Assembly (NCBI GenBank): GCA_963771355.1
Contig: CAVYTA010000004.1
Coordinates: forward strand, 128,001-192,000
From: an uncultured Candidatus Rokubacteria bacterium
GTDB taxonomy: Bacteria > Methylomirabilota > Methylomirabilia > Rokubacteriales > CSP1-6
DNA length: 64,000 nt
Direction of reading: 5' to 3'
Below the pieces are notes generated by a model, which had not been told where the DNA came from, did no database searches, and saw only the letters and a list, made by a program, of their open reading frames with translations. The translations under genes and the position numbers were made by a program. This document shows positions 21,068 through 29,871 of the stretch, piece by piece. Position 1 is the stretch's first letter. Each line of letters opens with the position of its first letter.

Positions 21068-22501
21068 ATGGCGGCTGCCCATGGTGCGGGTGAGCGCTAC
21101 GATCTCCCGCTGCCGCTCGCCTACTTCGTGGCCGGCGCGGCGCTCACGGTGGCGCTGTCCTTCGCCGCCGCCGCGGGCGCCGCCCGCGCGGCGCCGCGCC
21201 CGGCCTCCGGCGCCGGGCGCGTCATTCCCCTGGGTCGATTCCTCGCGCGGTTGCGTCCGGTCGCCCGGCTCGTCGGGCTCGGGCTGTTCGTCCTGGTGAT
21301 CGCGGCGGGTCTCCTGGGCGATCCGCACCCCCTGAAGAATCTCGCGCCCACCCTCGTCTGGATCATCTGGTGGGTGGGGCTCTCCCTGGTGACGGCCTGC
21401 GCGGGCAATGTGTGGCCCGTGCTCGACCCCTGGCGCACCCTCTTCGACGGGGCGGACGCGCTGGCGCGCCGCCTACGAGGCGGCCGCGGCCTCGCGCTCG
21501 GATTGCCGTACCCGGCCCGGGCCGGGGTGTGGCCGGCCGCCGCGCTCTTGCTCCTCTTCGTCTGGCTCGAGGTGATCTTTCCGGACGCCTCGGTGCCCTC
21601 GCGCATTGCTGGCCTCGGGCTGGCCTGGACGGTGGTGACGCTCACCGGCATGGTCTGCTTCGGCGCGGACACCTGGCAGCGGAATGTCGACGTCTTCGCC
21701 GTGTACTTCGCGACGCTGGGCCGCTTCGCGCCGCTGGCGCCGGGACCCGATGGGCGCAGCCTGATCCTGCGCCTCCCGGGCCGCGGGTTGATGGCGCCGG
21801 AGCCCGTGCCCGCGGGCCTGATCGGCTTCGTCATCGCCATGCTGGCCACGGTGCTCTTCGACGGGATGCTCGGGACGCGGGCGTGGCGGGCGCTCGACCG
21901 CACGCTGAGCGAGGGGCTCGCCCGCGTGGCGGATCGCGAGGGATATCTGCTCGCCACCGCCGGGTTGCTCGCGGTGTGGCTGGTCTTGCTGGGCGCCTAT
22001 CTGGCCACCGCCTGGCTCACCTCCCGGCTCGCCGGCGTGGGCTCGGCCGCCGCCACCGCGCGACTCCTGGCGCCGAGCCTCGTCCCCATCGCGACCGCGT
22101 ACCACGTCGCCCACAACCTCTCCTACCTGCTGCTCGAGGGGCAGGAGCTGATCCCGCTTCTGTCCGATCCCCTCGGGCGCGGCTGGGATCTCCTGGGCAC
22201 CGCGACGTGGAGCCCCGACGTCACCCTGGTGGGCTCGCGCTTCACCTGGTACGCGGCGGTGGGCGCCATCGTCACGGGGCATGTGATCTCGGTGTGGCTG
22301 GCCCATCGTGTCGCCCTGCGCGAGTGGAGCCCGCCGCGGCGGGCGCGGCGCGCGTCGCTTCCGCTCACCGCGCTGATGGTCGTCTATACCGCGCTGAGCC
22401 TGTGGGTGATCGCGGACCCGCTGGTGCGCTTCCGGGAGCCGGATGCTTCCGACTCCCGGCTTCCGCTTCCACCGTCGCCTATGCCTCGTACTCTTGGGTG
22501 A
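21068..22501 (+). CDS. Polytopic membrane protein (family often annotated fenitrothion hydrolase-like)
   Basis: AHGxGERYDLPLPL, SDPLGRGWDLLGT, GHVISVWLAH; signal peptide probably lost through an indel near 21047. Confidence 0.75.
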   Translation: MAAAHGAGERYDLPLPLAYFVAGAALTVALSFAAAAGAARAAPRPASGAGRVIPLGRFLARLRPVARLVGLGLFVLVIAAGLLGDPHPLKNLAPTLVWIIWWVGLSLVTACAGNVWPVLDPWRTLFDGADALARRLRGGRGLALGLPYPARAGVWPAAALLLLFVWLEVIFPDASVPSRIAGLGLAWTVVTLTGMVCFGADTWQRNVDVFAVYFATLGRFAPLAPGPDGRSLILRLPGRGLMAPEPVPAGLIGFVIAMLATVLFDGMLGTRAWRALDRTLSEGLARVADREGYLLATAGLLAVWLVLLGAYLATAWLTSRLAGVGSAAATARLLAPSLVPIATAYHVAHNLSYLLLEGQELIPLLSDPLGRGWDLLGTATWSPDVTLVGSRFTWYAAVGAIVTGHVISVWLAHRVALREWSPPRRARRASLPLTALMVVYTALSLWVIADPLVRFREPDASDSRLPLPPSPMPRTLG

Positions 22502-22658
22502 CCTCGATCGAAGCCTCACCCTCGTCGTCGAGGGTCAGTGTGATCAGGTTGGGCCGGCAGCATACCGTGCAATCCTCCGTGAACGTCTGCCGGGGGCCCC
22601 CGCTCGGATCCACCGTCAGGTCGTTCTCCTCTCCGCAGAACGCGCACCCGTAGGTCAC
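22479..22658 (-). CDS. CPXCG-type small Cys-rich protein
   Basis: CAFCGE...VDPSGG..Q.FTEDC.VCCRP; GTG 7 nt after TAGAAT. Confidence 0.85.
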   Translation of the reverse strand: MTYGCAFCGEENDLTVDPSGGPRQTFTEDCTVCCRPNLITLTLDDEGEASIEVTQEYEA

Positions 22659-22815
22659 GCCCCGCATTCTACGCGGGAATGTGTCATGATGGCCCTGTCT
22701 GGCCCGGCCGTCGGTTCCTCGTGGGACCCCCACCCTCCCAGATCACGACTCCGCAGCCAACTTCCGCGATCCGGAGCGTGTCCCCAACCGCGGGAGATCG
22801 ATCCGGAGGCAAGTC

Positions 22816-23151
22816 ATGGCACACAAGCTCTTCATCGGAGGCCTGGCGTTCTCGACATCCACCGAGCGTCTGCGCGAGGTGTTCGCTCAAGCCGGAGCCG
22901 TCGAGTCGGCCGCGGTGGTGACCGACCGTGACACCGGGAACTCGCGGGGATTCGGCTTCGTCGAGATGGCGTCGGCGGAAGCGGCGGCCGAGGCGGTCAA
23001 GCTGCTCAATGGCAAGGAAGTGGACGGCCGCACGCTGAAAGTGGAGCTGGCCAATTCCGCGGGGGCGGGCGGAGGTCGGAGCGGCGGCGGGGGCGGGTAT
23101 CGGAGCCGCGGCGGGAGCGGCGGCAGCGGTAGCAGCGGCGGCCGCTGGTAG
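22816..23151 (+). CDS. RRM RNA-binding protein with Gly-rich tail
   Basis: RNP2 LFIGGL, RNP1 RGFGFVEM, GGGGGY..GGRW tail; GGAGG RBS. Confidence 0.95.
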   Translation: MAHKLFIGGLAFSTSTERLREVFAQAGAVESAAVVTDRDTGNSRGFGFVEMASAEAAAEAVKLLNGKEVDGRTLKVELANSAGAGGGRSGGGGGYRSRGGSGGSGSSGGRW

Positions 23152-23172
23152 GCAGTCCCCTCGGCGTCCGCC

Positions 23173-25917
23173 TCAGCCGGTGTTCCGGAGTCCCGCCGCG
23201 ATCCCGTTGACGGTGAGGACGATCACCTCGCGCAGCGCCTCCCCCTCGGGACCTTCCGGGTCCGGGAGGGCGCGCAACCGGCGCAGCATCTCGACCTGGA
23301 GATAGTTGAGCGGATCCACGTAGGGATTCCGCAGCTCGATGGACCGCTGGATGACGGGCTCACCGTCCATCAGCGCGCGATGCCCGGTGATGGCGAGGAT
23401 GGCCTCGCGGGCGCGCCGGTGCTCCGCCTCGATGCGGGCGAAGAGTGCCGCCGCGCGGGGGCGCTCGGGATCGAGGCCGACGTAGAGGGTGGCAATACCG
23501 AGATCGGCCTTGAGCAGCGACATCTCCGCATTGTCGAGGAGGGCCCGGAAGAAGGGCCAGCGGCGGTGCATCTCGCGCAGGAGATCGGGCGGGGCCCCGC
23601 CCTCCGCCAGCGCGGCGCCCAGCCCGAACCAGCCGGGGAGATTGAAGCGGCTCTGCATCCAGGAAAACACCCAGGGAATGGCGCGTACCTGCGCAATCTC
23701 CAGGGTGGCGCCCCGGCGCGTGGCAGGCCGTGAGCCCAGGCGCAGCCGGCTGATCTCGTCGATGGGCGTGACCGCGCGCCAGAATTCCACGAAGCCCGGC
23801 GCCTCGACCAGGGACCGGTAGGACGTTCGCGCCGCTTCCGCCATCGCCTCCATGGCCCGGCGCCACTCCTCTGGAGCGCCGGGGAACGCGCCGGGCTCCT
23901 CCCCGCCGGTCGCGGAGGGCCCGGCCCCGGCAGGCGACGACGCCTCCAGCACCGCGCTCACGATCTGCTCGAGATGGCGGTGCGCCAGCGCGGGGTCACC
24001 GTAGCGGGCCGCGAGCACCTCGCCCTGCTCGGTGAGCCGGAAGCGCCCGCCGACGGTGCCCGGCGGCTGCGCGCGAATGGCCCGCCCCGCGGGGCCGCCG
24101 CCCCGGGCCACCGTCCCGCCGCGCCCGTGGAAGAGGGTGAGCGGCACGCCCCGCGCGGCGCAGACCCGGACGATCTCCTCCTGGGCGCGGTAGAGGGCCC
24201 AGTTCGCGGCGAGGTAGCCGCCGTCCTTGTTGCTGTCCGAGTACCCGATCATCACCGTCTGCTGCCCGCCCGCGCGCGCGAGGTGCTCGCGGTAGAGGGG
24301 AAAGCCGAAGAGATCGTCCAGGATGCGCGGGGCGGCCTCCAGGTCGCCCAAGGTCTCGAAGAGCGGCACGATCTCGAGTCCCGCCTCGCCGCCCGCCCAG
24401 CGAGCGAGGAGGAGCACCGTGAGGAGATCGGCGGGCCCGCGGGTCATGGAGATGATGAAGGGCCCCAGGAGCTCCGGCCCGTAGACGGCGCGCGCGCGGG
24501 CGAGGAGCCGGAAGAGCGCCCACGTCTCCGCGGTCTCCGGAGAGAGCGCCAGGCTCGCAGGTGTCTCCGGCACGGGCCCGGCCAGGAGCCGGAGCAAGGT
24601 CTCGGTGCGAGCGCGATCGTCGCCCTCGGCGAATCCGGCGCCGAGCCCGAGCGCGCTCAGCAATTCGCCGAGCGCCGCGGCCAGGCGCGAGGACTCTTCC
24701 CGGACGTCGAGCCGAGCCGCGTGGAGGCCGAACGCCTCGATCTGGAGGCGCACGGTCCACAGCCGGTCACGGGCCAGCGCGGGCGGCAGCGCGGAGGCGA
24801 TGAGATCCAGCGGCCGGGTGAGATCGGCGAGGCTCACGCGCGCGGCGTGGGGCGTCGCCTCGAGGAGGCGCGCGGTCATGTCTTCGCGCGCGGCCGCCTC
24901 CAGATCGGCGGCGAGCAGCGCGAGGACGAGGCGGTAGGGCTCGTCCGTATAGCGCGCGTCGAGATAGGCGGCGCGCGCGGGGAGGGGCCGCCGCGCGGCC
25001 AGCCAGGCCTCGAGGGCGGGCGGCGGCGGCACCCGGCGCGCGCTGAGCGAGAGGCGGCGCGCGAGATCCTGGAGCGACCGGCGATGCCGCTCCAGCGCGA
25101 GCCCGCGGTGCAGGCGCAATGTCTCCGCAGTGATGTCGGCGGTGACGCCGGGATTGCCGTCGCGATCCCCCCCGATCCAGGAGGCGAGCGTGAGCCAGCG
25201 CGGGGGAGCGGCGAGCCCCGGATAGTGCCGGCCCAGCGCGCTCTCGAGGTCCCGGGAGAGCCTCGGCAGCGCCTCCCAGAAGATGTCCTCCACGAAATAG
25301 AGCCCCGTGCGGACCTCGTCGGTGACGGCAGGGCGGACCGTTCGCGCGCGGCCGGTGAGCCAGAGCGCGGTGATCTCGCTGCGGATGACGCCCACGTGCT
25401 CCTCCCGCTCGCGGGGGAGCACATCGGCGCGGTGCAGCGCGTGAAGCGACTCGCCGACGCGCCGGAGCTTGGCCAGTATCGTGCGCCGCTTGGCCTCGGT
25501 CGGATGCGCGGTGAGCACCAGCTCGATGGTGAGGCGGTCCAGCAGCGCGCGCATCGCCGCTTCCCCGACGCCGCGCGCCTTGAGCAGGCCCACCGCTTCC
25601 GCCACGCTCTCGGGCGGGGACGCCGGATGCTGCGCGCGCTCCCGGTCGCGGAGCGCGGCCACGCGCTGCGCCTCTTCGGCCAGGTTGACGAGATCGAAGT
25701 AGAGCGTGAAGGCGGCGGCCACGCCCCGCGCGGCCAGCGGCGGCAGCGCCGCCACCTCGGCGGCGAGTCCCTCCGCCGCGCCCGCCACGCCCGCGCGCCG
25801 GTCCTTGGCGCGCGCACGGATGCGCTCCTCCACCTCGAAGAGGGCGGGGCTTTCCTGCTCCGTGAGCACCTCGCCGAGGAGCGTGCCGAGGAGGTGGATA
25901 CTCGCCGAGAGGTCCAT
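23173..25917 (-). CDS. ppc: Phosphoenolpyruvate carboxylase
   Basis: VLTAHPTE, GGDRDGNP, MIGYSDSNKDGG, FHGRGG, RAIPWVFSW, GLRNTG C-terminus. Confidence 0.97.
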   Translation of the reverse strand: MDLSASIHLLGTLLGEVLTEQESPALFEVEERIRARAKDRRAGVAGAAEGLAAEVAALPPLAARGVAAAFTLYFDLVNLAEEAQRVAALRDRERAQHPASPPESVAEAVGLLKARGVGEAAMRALLDRLTIELVLTAHPTEAKRRTILAKLRRVGESLHALHRADVLPREREEHVGVIRSEITALWLTGRARTVRPAVTDEVRTGLYFVEDIFWEALPRLSRDLESALGRHYPGLAAPPRWLTLASWIGGDRDGNPGVTADITAETLRLHRGLALERHRRSLQDLARRLSLSARRVPPPPALEAWLAARRPLPARAAYLDARYTDEPYRLVLALLAADLEAAAREDMTARLLEATPHAARVSLADLTRPLDLIASALPPALARDRLWTVRLQIEAFGLHAARLDVREESSRLAAALGELLSALGLGAGFAEGDDRARTETLLRLLAGPVPETPASLALSPETAETWALFRLLARARAVYGPELLGPFIISMTRGPADLLTVLLLARWAGGEAGLEIVPLFETLGDLEAAPRILDDLFGFPLYREHLARAGGQQTVMIGYSDSNKDGGYLAANWALYRAQEEIVRVCAARGVPLTLFHGRGGTVARGGGPAGRAIRAQPPGTVGGRFRLTEQGEVLAARYGDPALAHRHLEQIVSAVLEASSPAGAGPSATGGEEPGAFPGAPEEWRRAMEAMAEAARTSYRSLVEAPGFVEFWRAVTPIDEISRLRLGSRPATRRGATLEIAQVRAIPWVFSWMQSRFNLPGWFGLGAALAEGGAPPDLLREMHRRWPFFRALLDNAEMSLLKADLGIATLYVGLDPERPRAAALFARIEAEHRRAREAILAITGHRALMDGEPVIQRSIELRNPYVDPLNYLQVEMLRRLRALPDPEGPEGEALREVIVLTVNGIAAGLRNTG

Positions 25918-26003
25918 GCCGCCGCTTGTCGCTCCTCTCACACTCCGTGGCAGTCGCGCGGGCGGGGCGGTGTCTAACTACCGATGGCCATTGCCCAGTT
26001 CGT

Positions 26004-26019
26004 TGGCACGTCGGTTGCT
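26004..26019 (+). promoter_or_regulatory. sigma54 promoter
   Basis: TGGCACGTCGGTTGCT, a full match to TGGCAC-N5-TTGCW. Confidence 0.75.
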
Positions 26020-26065
26020 CTAGAGGAGCTTCGGGCAGTGTACGCCATTGGCCCGGGAGGAGACC

Positions 26066-27103
26066 ATGGGCATCCTGAGCTTCGCGAAGAAACAGCTCAT
26101 CGACATCCTGCAGTGGACCGAGGGTGGCGACGACCTCCTCGCCTGGCGCTTCCCGACCGCCGATCTCGAGATCCAGCAGGGCGCCCGGCTCGTGGTGCGC
26201 GAGACGCAGAAGGCGCTGTTCGTGGATCAGGGGCACGTGGCCGACCTCTTCGATCCCGGCACCTACACGATCAAGACCGCGAACCTGCCCGTGCTCACCG
26301 ACCTCCGGCACTGGGACAAGCTCTTCGAGTCGCCGTTCAAGAGCGAGGTGTACTTCTTCTCGACGCGGCTCCGGCTCAACCAGACCTGGGGCACCGCCAA
26401 CCCGCTCGCGATCCGCGACCGCGAGTTCGGCGCGGTGCGGGTGCGCGGCTTCGGCGTGTACAGCTATCGCATCAACGATGCCTCCGTGTTCTTCCGGAAC
26501 ATCTCCGGCACGCGCGAAACTTACGCGGTGGCCGAGCTCGAGGGCCAGCTCCGCAGCACGCTGATCACCACGCTGACCACCCACCTCGGCGAGAGCCAGG
26601 TCCCCTTCCTCGACATGGCCGCCAACAGCGACGCGCTGGGGCGCGCGGTGCTGCAGAAGGCGCGGCCGGCCTTCGCCGCGCTGGGTCTGGGGCTCGAGGA
26701 CTTCCAGATCCAGAACGTGTCGCTGCCCGAGGAGCTGCAGAAGCGCCTCGACGAGCGCATCGGCATGGGCATCGTGGGCGATCTCTCGCGCTATACCCAA
26801 TTCCAGGTGGCCCAGTCCATTCCCACCGCAGCGGCGGCGCCGGGCGGGGCGGCGGGCGCCGGCGTGGGGCTGGGCGCGGGTATCGCCATGGGCCAGGCCA
26901 TGTCCCACGGCATCCAGCTGGCTCAGGCGGGGCAGGCGCAGGCCCGGCGAGGGGAGTCGCCCTCCGGGACGGCGGCGGTCCAGGGCGGCGCCGGCATCAC
27001 GCCGGCCGCGCCCGGCGCGGTGGGCAGCGTCTGCCCTCGCTGCCAGACGCGACTCGACAAGCCCAGCAAGTTCTGCCCCGAGTGCGGGGCGCCGCTGGGT
27101 TAA
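26066..27103 (+). CDS. SPFH/band-7 domain protein (YdjI-like) with C-terminal zinc ribbon
   Basis: LVVRETQ, TANLPVL..WDKLFESPFKSEVYF, WGTANP; CPRC..KFCPECG; GGAGGAG RBS. Confidence 0.9.
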   Translation: MGILSFAKKQLIDILQWTEGGDDLLAWRFPTADLEIQQGARLVVRETQKALFVDQGHVADLFDPGTYTIKTANLPVLTDLRHWDKLFESPFKSEVYFFSTRLRLNQTWGTANPLAIRDREFGAVRVRGFGVYSYRINDASVFFRNISGTRETYAVAELEGQLRSTLITTLTTHLGESQVPFLDMAANSDALGRAVLQKARPAFAALGLGLEDFQIQNVSLPEELQKRLDERIGMGIVGDLSRYTQFQVAQSIPTAAAAPGGAAGAGVGLGAGIAMGQAMSHGIQLAQAGQAQARRGESPSGTAAVQGGAGITPAAPGAVGSVCPRCQTRLDKPSKFCPECGAPLG

Positions 27104-27130
27104 CCCGCCCCGCCGGCCGCGCGCAACCGC

Positions 27131-27889
27131 ATGAACTGTCCCGGCTGCAGCGGAGAGATGTCGTCGAAAGTGTACGAGGGCAAGTACGTCGGCTCCATCA
27201 CCCTCGACCTCTGCCACGGCTGCTCTGCCCTCTGGTTCGACGGCCTCGAGAGCCTCGGGTTGTCGCCGGGCTCCATCCTCGAGCTTCTCGTGGTGATGAA
27301 CGACAACCGCCCCGCCACGCGCAACCCGCTGGGGGATAACCTCGCCTGTCCCCACTGCCACGGGCGCCTCGTGCGCACCGTCAACATGCAGCGGACCACC
27401 CGCTTCACCTACTGGCGCTGTCCGGGGGACCACGGGCACTTCATCACCTTCTTCGAGTTCCTGCGGGAGAAGAACTTCGTTCGCCCGCTCAGCCCCGTCG
27501 AGATCGAGGAGCTGAAGCAGAACATTCGCACCGTCACCTGCTCGAGCTGCGGGGCGCCGGTGGACCTCGATACCGGGGCGGGGTGTCCGTACTGCCGGGC
27601 GCCGCTCTCCATGCTCGACGCCAAGCAGCTCGACACCGTGGTGGCCGCGCTCAAGCGCGAGGAGGCCCTTCGCGACGACGCGGCGCGGCGGGGGCTCGAT
27701 GGGCCGCTCGCGGTGCGGCTCCTGCAGGATCGCGTCTCCGTGAGCCGCGAGTTCCGGAAGATGGAGCCGGGGGCGCTACACCTCGATCTCGCCACCGGGC
27801 TGTCGGGCGGTGTCCCCGGTGTGCTCTCGGCCGGGATCGTGGAGGCGGGCGTGGCCGCGCTCTGCGCGCTCCTCAAATCGGGCGACTGA
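27131..27889 (+). CDS. Multi zinc-ribbon protein (zf-TFIIB-like)
   Basis: CPGC/CHGC.LWFD, CPHC/CPGDHG, CSSC/CPYC. Confidence 0.8.
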   Translation: MNCPGCSGEMSSKVYEGKYVGSITLDLCHGCSALWFDGLESLGLSPGSILELLVVMNDNRPATRNPLGDNLACPHCHGRLVRTVNMQRTTRFTYWRCPGDHGHFITFFEFLREKNFVRPLSPVEIEELKQNIRTVTCSSCGAPVDLDTGAGCPYCRAPLSMLDAKQLDTVVAALKREEALRDDAARRGLDGPLAVRLLQDRVSVSREFRKMEPGALHLDLATGLSGGVPGVLSAGIVEAGVAALCALLKSGD

Positions 27890-27956
27890 ACCCGCCTCCG
27901 AAACCTCCGCCGAAACCATCCGGCAGCGCAGGCCAGGATGTGTCATGATGTGGGTG

Positions 27957-28175
27957 ATGCAAGTCCTGGCCTTCTGCACCCCCGCGAATACCTCCTGGCG
28001 CTGGCGTATCGTCAGTTATTCCGGTGATGTCGTGGAGGAGTCACACCAGGTCTTCCCGACCATCGCGACCGCGGTGGCCCAAGGCGCGAAGCGCCTCGTG
28101 GAGATGAACGTCGTCGATCGTACCGTCGCCGCTCCCGGCTACCGCTCCACCCGGCATCTGCGTCGCCCGTCCTGA
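27957..28175 (+). CDS. Small hypothetical protein (YegP/DUF1508-like WRWR motif)
   Basis: MQVLAFC..WRWRIVSYSGDVVEES...FPTIATA; start may be 27945 or 27948. Confidence 0.6.
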   Translation: MQVLAFCTPANTSWRWRIVSYSGDVVEESHQVFPTIATAVAQGAKRLVEMNVVDRTVAAPGYRSTRHLRRPS

Positions 28176-28300
28176 CCGCGCCTCCTGAGCGTCGGTCCTG
28201 CCCGGCGTCCATTCTGGTAACTACGCGCCCATCCTGCTCGAGCCACATGCTTTCCCGCCACGAGCCGCTCGCGGCCCGGGATGCGCAAGGCGTCCCTCCC

Positions 28301-28690
28301 TCAGGGCCGGACGATGAGGTCGATCTCCACCGCGCCGCCCAGGGCGAGGCCGGTCACTCCTACCGTGGTCCGGGCAGGCAGCCGGCCGGGGGCGAAGTGG
28401 CGGGCATACTCCGCGTTCATGACCGCGTAGTTGCCGAAATCCGTGAGATACACACGCGCCATCACCGTCCGGTCAAGGCTGGTGCCCGCTCCACGGAGCA
28501 CGGTCTGGAGGTTCTGCATCACCTGGCGGGTCTGGGCCACGATGCCCCCGGCGACCAGCTGGTTGGTGAGGGGGTCCACCCCGAGCTGACCGGTGACGAA
28601 GAGGAAGTCTCCCGCGCGGACGGCATGGCTGTAGGCGGCAGTGGGGGGCGGGGGCGGGGCGCCCGCCGCCATCAGAAACTCGAGATCCAT
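28301..28690 (-). CDS. ridA: RidA/YjgF family enamine/imine deaminase
   Basis: YSHAVRAG.FLFVTGQ, MNAEYA, PARTTV..LALGGAVEID; GAGGAGGAG RBS. Confidence 0.9.
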   Translation of the reverse strand: MDLEFLMAAGAPPPPPTAAYSHAVRAGDFLFVTGQLGVDPLTNQLVAGGIVAQTRQVMQNLQTVLRGAGTSLDRTVMARVYLTDFGNYAVMNAEYARHFAPGRLPARTTVGVTGLALGGAVEIDLIVRP

Positions 28691-28869
28691 CGCGCTCCTC
28701 CTCGAGCGCGAAGTGTAGCAGGACACCGAGATCAACGCGCGGCGCCAGGCACTATGGCGCTGGGCGGGCCGGTGGTCTATCTTGACCTGGAAGCGAAGCG
28801 GGCGCTTGCCTCGACCGTAGGCAGCATCCCGCGGTCCTGAGAGCTCGGTAAGACGCGGGGGAGACAGGC

Positions 28870-29847
28870 GTGGATCAGCGCGAGGAGAAGGAGCAGCTGA
28901 CGGCGGCGGATCAGCGCGAGCACGAGCGGCTGCGAGACCGGCTGGAGCTCTTCCGCCAGCTCGTCGAGAACAGTCAGGGCCTGGTCTGCAGCCACGACCT
29001 GAAGGGCAATCTCCTCTACGTGAGCCCGGCGTCCGCGTGGGAGCTCGGGTATGCCCCGGAGGACGGGGTGGGCCGGAACCTCCGGGAGTTCCTCGCCCCC
29101 TCGGTGCGCCCGTTCTTCGACGGCTATCTGGCGCGCATCCTCGAAAAGGAGGCGGACCGCGGCCTCCTCCGCCTGGTGAGCCGCGACGGCCAGGAGCGGC
29201 TCTGGGCCTATCGCAACGCGCTCTTCCGCCTTCCCGGGCGCGAGCCTTACGTGATCGGCCATGCGGTGGACATCACCGAGCGCGCTCACGTGGAGTCGCT
29301 GCTGCGAGACAGCGAGGAGCGTTATCGCACCGTGATCGAGGGCCTCGAGGAAGGGGTGCTCTTCAAGAGCGCGGCGGGCGCCATCTCGGGCTGGAACCCC
29401 AGCGCGCGGCGCATTCTCGGCCCCGCCGTCGAGCGCCTGGGCGCTGACGCCGTCAAGGAAGACGGCTCGCCCTTCCCGCCCGAGGAGCAGCCCGACGCGC
29501 TCGCCCTCCGCAGCGGCCTGCCCTCACCGCGCGTGGTCATGGGCGTCCGCCGTGAGTTCGGCCAGCTCAGCTGGATCTCGGTGCGGGCACATCCGCTGAT
29601 CCGCTCGGGCGACACCGCGCCCCACGGCGTGGTCATGTCCTTCGTGGATATCACCGAGCGCCGCCGCGGCCGGACGCTGAGCGGCACCATCTCCATCTGT
29701 GCGTCCTGCAAGAAGATCCGCGACGCGGAAGGCACCTGGTGGCCGGTGGAAATCTATGTCCGCGACCATTCGGAAGCGGAATTCAGCCACGGCCTCTGCG
29801 TGGAATGCGCGCGGCATCTGCGCCAGCAGTTCCGCCTGATGGACTAG
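28870..29847 (+). CDS. Tandem-PAS protein with C-terminal CxxC/SHGxCxxC domain
   Basis: Two PAS/PAC patterns ending DITER; ISICASCKKIRD..G.W...FSHGLCVEC. Confidence 0.85.
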   Translation: MDQREEKEQLTAADQREHERLRDRLELFRQLVENSQGLVCSHDLKGNLLYVSPASAWELGYAPEDGVGRNLREFLAPSVRPFFDGYLARILEKEADRGLLRLVSRDGQERLWAYRNALFRLPGREPYVIGHAVDITERAHVESLLRDSEERYRTVIEGLEEGVLFKSAAGAISGWNPSARRILGPAVERLGADAVKEDGSPFPPEEQPDALALRSGLPSPRVVMGVRREFGQLSWISVRAHPLIRSGDTAPHGVVMSFVDITERRRGRTLSGTISICASCKKIRDAEGTWWPVEIYVRDHSEAEFSHGLCVECARHLRQQFRLMD

Positions 29848-29871
29848 CCCCGCGCCCGCGCGGGGCTAGTC
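29842..29871. terminator. Bidirectional hairpin containing both stop codons
   Basis: GACTAGCCCCGCG-CCCG-CGCGGGGCTAGTC perfect 13-bp stem. Confidence 0.55.
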
